Below are positions 41,396 to 51,717 of a stretch of 64,000 nucleotides of DNA, piece by piece (position 1 is the stretch's first letter; the number at the start of each line of letters is the position of its first letter). Under the pieces are notes generated by a model, which saw only the letters and a list, made by a program, of their open reading frames with translations, did no database searches and was not told where the DNA came from. This DNA comes from Balanoglossus misakiensis. Lineage: Eukaryota > Animalia > Hemichordata. A program made the position numbers and the translations under genes. The DNA lies in the NCBI GenBank assembly GCA_040954595.2, contig CM082586.2, positions 8,649,337 to 8,713,336 on the forward strand, read 5' to 3'.

Positions 41396-41615
41396 CTACG
41401 ATTTAACCATACAACATGAAAGTAAATTAGTCATGAGACCCATTGGCCACGTAGGATTTGCTGAAAACACAAAAATAGCTTCCGAAGAAATGTTGCCCTG
41501 CCAATCAATTTGAACTCTATTTTGATTCTTTGTCTTAGAATTAGTTTTTCTGCAAGTTAACGAAATTAGAATGTCATAATTTTCACGATAGTTCGAGAAT
41601 TTGAGTATGAATTAC

Positions 41616-41756
41616 CTGAGTTTGATGGAACTTGTCAATACTCCAACCAGAAGGGGACATTTTATCCACAGTCAGCATTATATCTCCTCCACGGGGATAA
41701 ACCTCCAAGACTACATCTTCACAAAGTCGAGTGCCCTTCTCAACAACTTCCAGCGC
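41616..41756 (-). CDS. ZU5-UPA-DD protein exon 3 (UPA)
   Basis: ttgaag| ALEVVEKGTRLCEDVVLEVYPRGGDIMLTVDKMSPSGWS...TQ |gtaatt, 141 nt, phase 0-0. Confidence 0.8.
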
Positions 41757-41832
41757 CTTCAATTTAACAAAACACGATAGTGGCATCATGATGTTGAGCC
41801 ACAGTTCTTAAATAACATGCAAATTCTTCAAC

Positions 41833-42108
41833 ATCAAATGACATCAGACGCGCTCAGGCGCAGTTACATAGGCATTCAAATTTCCAGGTGACGGGCAACT
41901 TCAGCAACGTGGTGCAGACAAAGACAGTGCAGACGAAACGCGATGAGGCTGATGAGGCACCATACTTGATACATGTTACGTGTCTGGCGGTTCTAAAGTA
42001 AAAACATACTCGGAAAAACTTTTACTAGATGCCGAAATATTGCTTGCCCGTCACCTGGAAATGACAATGCTGTGGGTCACATTGCCAGATCACGTGATTG
42101 ATAGTAAA
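41833..42108 (+). mobile_element. Interspersed repeat family B, copy 1, with internal inverted repeat
   Basis: Homologous to 47616-47864 (atcaaatgacRtcagacgc ... gcccgtcacctggaaa ... acgtgattgatagtaaa). Internal IR tttccaggtgacgggcaa / ttgcccgtcacctggaaa. Confidence 0.75.
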
Positions 42109-42301
42109 GAATTGATATTTAAGTAATCGCTTGTGATACCGTCTGCAAGAGGGTGAAACCCGGAGCGGACTCCGACGAAATACTTCTGCGTTACATTGAG
42201 TATAATTCCAGGAAAGTTACACGATATCTTGCCACAAGGGGCGTATGACAAAGACTGACCACCATTGTCTCAGAACAAATTTGACTTTACTGGTTACATA
42301 C

Positions 42302-43086
42302 CTGCGTGTCTGCGTCTGTGTTGTTCCATATGTGTAGCCTTATGTGGAAGACGTCACAACTGATGTCCTCAGGCACCGAAAACACACCGACTCGGAGTAA
42401 CTTTGGCGTTTCCATCACATGAGTTACTTCACCGACAATTTGAACATCGACGAGTCGATTAATCAACAGCAGACAGTTTTTGTCACCGACTAGAAAGTGC
42501 ATATCTTTTTCGTCTGCGACATTTTCCCAATTCTCAGATATACACCCGTCGTCCCTGTAATATGCCTGAAAGAACCATTTATCGACTTCACGCACACAAT
42601 GTGGTATGGTCAGGATTGCCGGTCTGTTCAGTTGTTTTCCCAGAGGCCCGCATCGAATCAACGGACTCACAAAGGTCTGTTTTGCTGATAGTGGCGGGCG
42701 GATTGACGAACAACAATCTGGATCCACATAGATATTAGCTTGGAACTCGTCATTTATGTCCGGGTCAAGGACGACATCCCCAATGTCAAATCCACCAAAG
42801 GGTATTTCCTCACCAAAATTTCCTGAACTTGGTATTCTGGGAAGGGTCATCGACACTTGTGTTTCGGGGATTGTGAGTGTCCCACCTTCCCTGTCGAGGA
42901 CACCAGCAACAAATACCGAAGATGTAAAGTTGACATCTTTTCGAGTCCAACTGCATTCTAGCATAGTAATTTGTTTTCTGTACTCTTCAAGACAATTATC
43001 TCGATAATCTTCACTGTCGAAAGATGTACTGAGTGAATTGCGTCGAGAAACGGTTGTTCGGCGTTCCGTGGGTGTCGGACTCGATA
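42302..43086 (-). CDS. ZU5-UPA-DD protein exon 2 (ZU5 and start of UPA)
   Basis: ttcacag| phase 1. ZU5 motifs GVLDREGGTLTIPETQVSMTLP and FVSPLIRCGPLGKQLNRPAILTIPHC; UPA start KLLRVGVFS...FHIRLHIWNNT; donor cag|gtatgt. Confidence 0.9.
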
Positions 43087-43364
43087 CTGTGAACAATAGA
43101 AAACATTTAGATTTAAATATTTGTGATTTTTAAATATTTCTTCTGAGGTAACGTTTCCGTGTTTGAATTTGTCCTCTTGGTAAACACGTTTACTCGAGAT
43201 GCTTTTTGTTTCAAAACAAAAATCATGAAAATCTGCGAAGTTCCGTAAAACGTAAAAACGCACATTTGATTTTATGTGCAATAGCGTAACAATATTACCG
43301 GTATCACAATTTGTCCAAGCCTACCCAGCAAAAACACAATGAACAATATACAACTTTATCTTAC

Positions 43365-44043
43365 TTGTTGATAATCGATCAGTCTGTGATTCCACAAGAG
43401 AGCAAATACTTCTGTCCGATGAGGTACTTCTCTGACCCTCTTTAATGCTGAGTGGCTGTAGATATTCGACGTTTGATGTGTCCTTGGACATCCAGCCTAG
43501 CTCCACGTATTGCAGAAACTGTTGACAGTTGTCGAGACTACTCGGGACAAGACTGATAAGAAGGCCACATTGACCTTTTGCCCGCAGAGTCAATCGGTCC
43601 TTAATATCTGGATGAACGTGTAGTCTGAAAGGCATTTTTGGCGCGCAGTCTTTCCACTCCAACAGACCTCGATGAATAATCCTCAGACAACGTATTCTTT
43701 CTTCTTTGTGCCTGTCTTCGATATTTACTTGCAATATTTCCATTAATTTGTAACTTTTCCTCCGTAACTCCAGTGATCGTTGCAAAAGGTCGTGGAACCG
43801 TGACATTAATCTTGTTTCCTGCGAAAGACCGGCCTGAGACAGAGTTTGCTGACACATGGCGATTTCTTCGATGTCTACAATTTTGTCTCCGAGCATCTTG
43901 CGTGGTCTGTGATCTTCTAATGCTTTGTCCACAGCCTGTGTGAACTTGATCACCTGAGGTTTAAATTGCTGCCATCTTTTTCTCAAGACACCTGCGTCTT
44001 TCTTGATGTCTCCCACGCTTTCAAGAATCGTAGTGTTCATCAT
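43365..44043 (-). CDS. ZU5-UPA-DD protein first coding exon (unassigned helical N-terminal domain)
   Basis: 226-codon open frame from ATG 44043. The donor A|gtaag is phase 1 and matches exon 2. Acceptor-like AGs just upstream suggest a further 5' exon. Confidence 0.78.
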
Positions 44044-44721
44044 CTGGGTTTATTTTTCTGTATAAAGTAGCGAAAAAAATGTCAGAAAAATAGCATTCTA
44101 TTGTGCTAACACACACCGATTTTAGGGATGCACGGTCGATACAAAAATAATAGCCATTCCACGTTCAGTGTTACAGTTATTTTCCTTTCTATAAAGACTC
44201 AGCTCATATAAATACATCAGAACAAGCCACGTCCAAGTGTAAAGCCGCCTAAGATACAACGATCCATGACAACGATATTTAGGCCATTTGTTGTCGAACT
44301 GACCCCACCCACCTGTATGATTCCACTGACAGCCACGCTAATGGACTTGGAAACCCCCACACAGAAAGGCTTCGATCGCCAAAGTCAATAAGAACTTCAC
44401 ACAAGTACTCCGAGCACACAGTCTTAAGACTTTACACAAACCATTGGAGTAAATACGATGGCTTTTCTTCACGATGTTTAAACACTGGATTGCGTAATAG
44501 TTTTGTTGGTGGAGCAGGTATTAAATACGTAAAAATCATGTAGAATCTGATTAATATCTTTATTCTAAGTGTCTAACACACGTTTCATGACACATCGTCG
44601 ATACCAAAATATAAACTTAGCATCTGGGAATTTTATGTCCATATTGCTCCACGATATTCTCATACAAGTTTCCCTTTTTTACTTTATCTCGCAATATCGT
44701 ATAATACCATCACAATAAAGC

Positions 44722-45026
44722 ATTCACCCATTCATTCATACATCCTTCTATCCATCCATGCACCCACCCACCCAAACTCACTGATTCACTGACTCGCTCA
44801 CTCACTCACTCACTCACTCATTCATTCATTCATTCATTCATTCATTCATTCATTCATTCATTTATTCATTCATTCATTCATTCATTCATTCATTCATTCG
44901 TTCGTTCGTTCGTTCGTTCGTTCGTTCGTTCGTTCGTTCATTCATTCATTCGTTCATTCCTTCATTCATTCATTCAATCAATCAATCAATCAATCAATCA
45001 AACAAACAAACAAACAAACAAACAAA
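44722..45026. repeat. Compound tetranucleotide microsatellite (CATC, CACC, CTCA, TTCA, TTCG, ATCA, AACA)
   Basis: Directly visible. Confidence 0.95.
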
Positions 45027-47615
45027 ACTAACTCTCGGTATGTTGTTCCTGGGCATGCCTTTCCTTGTACAGTACCGAGAATTTGCTCCTATCTCAATAG
45101 GTTGTGCAGTGATCAGTGCTTATGATCTGTTGTTCAGGCAACTCCGAAAGACAAAACTCATCATTCCACGCAAAAATTGTTCTTAGTGTAAGTTATGCAA
45201 ATGGGATTAGCCGACGTGAGAGCTACTTCAAACATACATCGCCGTTATGTGTTAATGACTAACAGTTATACGTTACAATCATCGACGTCTCTTATCTGGA
45301 CCTAGGTATTTGACACCTTTATTGAACGACCGATTAACTCAAATTCTTAGTAACATTCTTCGGAAACGTGCCGCACGGGGGACTGAAATATAGGGCGATC
45401 ATGAATTTTGTCACTGTACTTATATCATGTACTGGGTTTATGATCACAGTTCTACAAATACACTCGTTAACAGCAAGTATCACACGTTGTTATATTGACG
45501 GAGACACAACTTGGTGCTCACGTCAATTCTCAATCCTGGCAAAATCCGATCCGTGTCCAACAACTGCGCCGTTGTACATCAAAAGACGAAAGTGTTGTAC
45601 AAATAGAAGTTTGGATCATGACTGGCCATGAATCCTAAACGCAGCTCCTTTCGTTGACCTCCAAATACTGGCGCTTTGTGTTCCTTTGTTTCACTGTGAG
45701 GCTGGGCCCAAACCCCCACACAATCAATATATCAGCTTTTGTGTTTACCATTGTTAATGATAATGGGAAATGGTAAGTAGCCCAGTGGAGAACCACTGTG
45801 ACATGGGAGGACCAGTCATCCATGAAATACGTACAGACCACATACAACAGTCTCATTTAAGTCAAATTGATGATCAATATGCCGATAGCGTGTACACAGT
45901 TAAAATCTTTAGAATGTACAGACAGGTCGCGTAGTGACACAACGCGAACGGCCAGATTCGCCCACATAAAGAATCACGCCCAGTAAATAAGATTCAATCA
46001 CTAAACATTTTCGAGGTTGCCAGTGAGGTGTCAAAACAGTGAGTAAATAAACCGTGAACTATACACTATAAGCCATTCCGTTGTTGAATAATTCAGGCTG
46101 TGTTTGTGGACTTTGGATATTCCGCATGTACCTGGCAACTGAAGGACTCGTACAGGAATCGGGTTAACTCCGTCGCCTACAACCCGACAATGTACTGTCT
46201 TTAAAATCATGAACTACTAGTAATATTAAAATCACAAGCAGGGTATTTGTACCCAAGGCGAACGCTAGCATGCGCACGATGCTTTGGTGTTTTAGCTCCT
46301 CTGTCGGCGGTGTCATGAATAATACAATGGACGTCACCTGCCTGAAATTGGGGCATGTGTCCAATCATTTTCTCATATGTATTGTGAATTTCTAGCTACC
46401 GTATATTCTTGTTTGTGATCAATAATTGGATGCATCCGTTGACAGTATTAGACATGATACATCACATCATCGCACAAATTTATGTCAAGGTTTCATAGAA
46501 ATATGTGCTGATCCACACCTATCAACCATCCAAGCGGTAAGAACAGACAGGCAGACACAACAACACAGCGATCAGCGCTTGTTTTATGGTCAGCGTTTTG
46601 AAGTTCAAAGTTGTCAAGACACAGACCTGGAAGTCATTGTTGGAGGGACGGGACTTGGTCTGACTATGGCGTCATCTCATACATCAACACTCACAGCATA
46701 ATGACTTACCTGCACCAAGTCTATTATAAGGAGGTAGTCACCGTTTTCTTCTCATAAAATGCCCCAAATACACTGAGCAGAGATGTACTAGCATTTTCCA
46801 TACACAAGGTTTATCTCGTGTGTGTACAGTGCAACTAAGCAGCGAAGACATGCATAAAACATGAAGTAAAGTAGTGGAATAGATATGCAAATTAAGTAGC
46901 GGCGCAGCAGCTAATAACCGGCCAAACGTCGCCTACTTTGTCAGCAACTCCAGCCAAGATTAATGATTTGTTGTAGTAATGGCGGGCCGATTCCATGGAT
47001 ACCACCCAATATGACTGGAACGCAATGCAGTGTGTAGGACATTTATCATAGATTGTGTGTGTCAGGTGCCGTAGGGCAAAGTTTGATATCGCGTTGCCTG
47101 ATAGAAATGCGGAGTTTTATATCATGCAACTCTCTGCCATTCTGATTGGACGACAGCTCAAGCCAGTGATGTTAAAACACTAATAATTATTTTTATATCA
47201 TGATTCCATCCGCCATTCTGATTGGACGACAGCTCAATTCATGCTAAAATTCACAAAAGGGCGCTGCTAGAACCGGCCCCTGAACTAGCCCGAAGCAGGG
47301 AAAATGTAGGGTTAAACCAAATAAATATAATAAAACAATGGTGAATTTACCGACGTTTTATCTTTTGACTGCTACATGGGAATATTTGGGACTTTGCCTT
47401 GCGCGATGCATGTGTTGTCACTTTTAGTCGCCTGCGTCATGTGCTGATCCCGGGCGCTCGTGTTTACATTCATCGACGCGAATCTGGTTGAATTCGTAAC
47501 TTCTTTTTCTGACGCTGGTTCGTTAAGAAAATGACACTGATTTAGGCGACAGATCAGAAAGACACACACTCAAGTCAACCGTGTTAATGTGTAAAAAAAT
47601 ACGCAATTCTTTGAT

Positions 47616-47864
47616 ATCAAATGACGTCAGACGCAGGTACGTGGGTTTTCAAATCTCCCTCTCACGGGCAACAGACGACGATTGTGCAGACAAAACGCCA
47701 TGATGCTGATGAGACACCATGCCTGATACAAGATACAAGTCTGGTGGTTCTGAAGAAGAAGTCTACTCCCTCCCGGTCAAACTTAGTCCGCCATGTTGTT
47801 GGCCCGTCACCTGGAAAAGACAATGCCGTGGGTCACACGGCCATATAACGTGATTGATAGTAAA
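47616..47864 (+). mobile_element. Interspersed repeat family B, copy 2
   Basis: Diverged homolog of 41833-42108. Confidence 0.72.
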
Positions 47865-48041
47865 TAATTATTGAATTGCAATGAATTTCTCATTATTTGT
47901 TTTCCTAATAGCTCGCGCATCGGGCCGCCTGAGCGACTCACTCGTACGCATGCGTCAAATTTACCGCTACTCTATTCTGTTTTCGTTGACCAATTGCTAT
48001 GCGGATGTGCTGTGCATAGGTTGATAGGTGTTCGAATCCCC

Positions 48042-48783
48042 TGTGATGAAGTTTATTGTTTGTTTTGGCCAGGTGCACCTATGTTGATTGCTTTATTGAA
48101 CATATAAGCGTGACCAGGTGTTAATTATTTTTGCTCGTATAAAAAGCCACCCAGTGCCACGTTGTCGCGTGGCTCATTTTATTCTGGTCTGGTAGCTGTG
48201 CCGTCGCATTGTCGCGGAGTTTTGGGAGCCCACCGTACTGAGTGTGCCTGTCTACTGTAGTAGCTGAGGATTGACACTGCCGAAGGGACTTGTGAAGTCG
48301 TGGTGGATGTTTTCGAGGACGCCGCGTGGAATTTGGGAGCCGTCCTGAGGGAGCGCGTCTCCGTGTCACTGTGGAACTGCATTTGAGGTAATACGTGGCT
48401 GTCTTTTGTACACTGGCGTTAAACGGACAAAAAGGCCAGAATTGTTGTGCGTCAAGTGAAAGGCCAGTATCGCCGTGCGTCGAGTCACCGAACTGTTTGT
48501 GAGACTTTGAACTTGTTGGGAAATTTGTTTGGTCACCTGGTCACGCTCGAGTTTAGTTTGTAGTTTATTGTAAATATTATTTAACATATTGTGAATATTA
48601 CTCGTATCTGCAATTAAATTAACACTGTAAATAGACTGGTATGTTGTACGTGTGTCGTCTTTGACCATTTGTTTTGTTGCGGCCTGTTGGCCTGTTTGGG
48701 TGTAAAACAAGCCACCCGGTCAGGTAAATTGGCCTCTCTATTATCCGCAAATTTTTGGCTCGGACGGCCTGCGGGTCGTAACA
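48042..48783. mobile_element. Probable solo LTR (742 bp, Gypsy-like 4-bp TSD)
   Basis: Starts tgtgatga, ends tcgtaaca (TG...CA, imperfect terminal IR), with cccc on both flanks. TATA-like tataaaaa near 48138; part of the interior is more GC-rich than the flanks. Confidence 0.65.
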
Positions 48784-50080
48784 CCCCATTAATTTTTTTT
48801 TCTCAATTACCGAGTTGAACAATGTATATAAACATCATATTTTATCTTACTGGCTTCAAACTATGGTTAATTCACTGATAACGTTTAGAACGACAATTAG
48901 ACGCGCTCAATATCGGATATATCGTCCCAAAACTATTTTGTGGATCCGCCAGAAAACCTGATCTAAATAGCGGCAATTTCAGAAAGTTTAGAAGTTTAAT
49001 TATAATTAGATCGGGTAAATATCGGATATATCCACGAGTAAAATAATTACTGGAGGTACGATCTAAACTCTAGCTGTGTGTGGCCTAATTTAGAAAGATA
49101 AGAATGGTATTTAGATCGGCTAAATATCGGATAGATCTGCTGATTTTGTAAATTTAGATTTAAATTTAGGGAAAAAATAATGTAGATTTTATAAACTCTC
49201 GGCTAGAATTACAAATTAAGATTTAGGTTTAGACAATTCTAAATTAGCTTTCGAAACTTCCAGCTAAAATTTCCAAAAACTATAAAACACAATTCCGCAC
49301 CTTAATGCAGGAATCGCACTCAAAGTTTGTTGTCTGGACCGTGGTTACTGTTGTCAGCAGTTTATTCTGTGTTTACAGTGTAGTTCTTATCGATGCAGAC
49401 CAATGATAATAAAATTAGGTATGCCCACATCACCGTCAGAATTTGATCTCCAAATGTGCCCAGTTGACATAGCATCCACAGATTCTGAACATCATTTGGG
49501 AATTTGTTTAAGTACACCATTTGTGATTACTATTAAAATTCACAATCAATTGATCAATTTATGAAGAACATAAAAGCAGTGATTTAAAATGTGGATCGAC
49601 TTTGTGTGGAGTCGAGTCCTTACCAGCACATTACGATATACGTAAGGGGTCGCACAAGCTAACTTGTAAACAATGCTATCAAATATATGCAGCGCAAGGA
49701 GTACTTTGTCACGTGATACAACTCCCAGGGCAGTATATCAGGTTATCTTGACCTATCGTCAGGGTGGTACCATTATCATGGAGGTATAGTCAGGTTGAAA
49801 TGATCTGTGTAACTATCCAGAAAGGAGCGCCTCTAACACACCATTAAACACTTTATCAGCCCCACATGACTTTTACATGGCGGACCTTTGACAAATATAA
49901 TATAAATGTCTGGAAAACAAACACTGTAAATCAAACGCTCAGTTCTGTTAGGGCGTTGTGATTACTGTTTACAGTGCACAGCATACGTCTTCTAAGTCGG
50001 ATTTTAATCGGAGAGTTAGAGGCAATCATGGGACATCGCGGGACATTTTCTTCCAGATATTTTGTCATTTTAATAGCCGT

Positions 50081-50171
50081 ATGGTGGAATGTTCACATGG
50101 GTGCCGAATCGCAGGGTATGTTTTACTTTTCATCACGTTCTGCATGGTTACCGTGATGTGTCAGGCTCCAG
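50081..50171 (+). CDS. Small sushi-TM protein, putative exon 1 (signal peptide)
   Basis: MVECSHGCRIAGYVLLFITFCMVTVMCQAP is signal-peptide-like. Joining it in phase 1 to the sushi exon requires a non-canonical cag|GC donor. Confidence 0.5.
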
Positions 50172-51047
50172 GCGTTTCTTTCTTCAAGAACTTTCTGTCA
50201 ATGGCCACTCGCGGTGGCTAAAGGTCAACTCCACGACGCAGCTTCGGCTATTTTGCCTACGTTTGCTTACAGTCCCTCCACATGAAGGGGCAACTGTGGT
50301 ACAACATTCATATTTGTCATACCCGATCTCAACACCTCTCTAAAGATTCTGTGTCACTGTATTTTGGTAAAACACATTTTGTAGGATTACAAAGCCAACA
50401 ACAGTTTGTGTAGCCACTGTACATGTATAGGCCTAGATAGCGTTCACAAACACGTTTATAGAGGGAATGAGAGAATTCGGAAATATATTTCTCTTTCTAG
50501 GTCCACCTGGTACATTAAAACTGTTCATTAATCCCTCTCCATCTATTAATCAAAAGTATTGAGCCCTTCCCCCTCTTATATCGAGCCTCCCGTCGATATT
50601 AAAATGGCCAAAGATTGCATGTTCTGTGCACTGTGGAGTGCGGGTGAAACCCCCAATAGCAAATGGGCCCATTATAAATAAAATTTCGATTAGAAAAATG
50701 GTAGCTATGTTTTACGCTGGTTAAAGTTTGGTCAAATTTCAACATTCGTTGTTTTAATAATGCTCTAATCTACACTTTAATTAGCATTTTATTAAGTGTT
50801 TTGTCAAAATTGAAAAAAAAAAAATCCCAATATGGTTTGGCAAAGTAAAAGTATATTCAGATTCACATATTGTATGGATATGGTTGAATACTGGTGTGAG
50901 CGTACTCCTGGGCCGGTCGTGTTAATACTTTGTTGGAAACTTTTAAAACCATTTTGTCCGAATCCGTTGATAGATTTCATTTCCATCAAGTACGGATTAT
51001 GTCATTAATTTGCTTTAATCTATTGTACATTTATGGTTACGTTACAG

Positions 51048-51218
51048 AAATTGAATGCACCACATTGACGGCACCAGTAAATGGTTCAGTGACCTTCGAC
51101 AGCCAAGATAATCTCCATGTTGCATATTTAACTTGTGACGAGGGATATAAAATCAGTGGTGCTTCAAAGAGACGATGCATAAATGGAATATGGACAGGCC
51201 TTGAAACAGAATGCTATG
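51048..51218 (+). CDS. Small sushi-TM protein, sushi/CCP exon
   Basis: ttacag| EIECTTLTAPVNG...LTCDEGYKISGASKRRCINGIWTGLETECY |gttagt. CCP consensus with 4 Cys and the W; 171 nt, phase 1-1. Confidence 0.85.
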
Positions 51219-51578
51219 GTTAGTAAATGAATATTATAATCACTATTTACTACACACACGCGTGCGCGCAGACATGCATGCATACATGCATGCAGGCAGG
51301 CAGAGAGACAGACAGACTTATTTTGATATTTAAAAAAAAAATAGGTTAGTTGAAATCTGTCCGAGTTGACATGTTTGATATCGTTCCATCAACATTCATA
51401 TTAAAACTGGACCTTGTAAGTTCGATTCATGTGCCTTTATGACAAGTCAATTGCAAATCATTTGTAAATTCTCTTTGGTTTTGCCTTGCCAAAATCGGTG
51501 GTTTAACCTATATTATAGCAATTATACAATTAATGTTCGAATCATGATTATTTATAACGAATCAAATCTTTCTTTCAG

Positions 51579-51717
51579 AAACCATGGATCCTGACTTGGA
51601 GATGTCATTGATAATTGGTGCAGCATGTGCAGGGGGTGTCGCTCTATTGTCACTTTTCTCGTACATCGTGTATCGCTCATGTTTTAGGAGTAATGATCAG
51701 AAGGACCATGAAGCCGG
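51579..51717 (+). CDS. Small sushi-TM protein, transmembrane exon
   Basis: tctttcag| ETMDPDLEMSLIIGAACAGGVALLSLFSYIVYRSCFRSNDQKDHEAG |gtaagt, 139 nt. The terminal exon (~51810-51910) is unresolved. Confidence 0.82.

Noticed and set aside
42302-43086. Naming the ZU5 gene UNC5 or PIDD1
   Set aside because: No Ig/TSP/TM or LRR regions and no HFS motif; gene symbol withheld.
46700-46800. Strong minus-strand donor cag|gtaagtc near 46710 as a 5' UTR exon of the ZU5 gene
   Set aside because: Plausible, but a single splice motif without transcript data is not enough.
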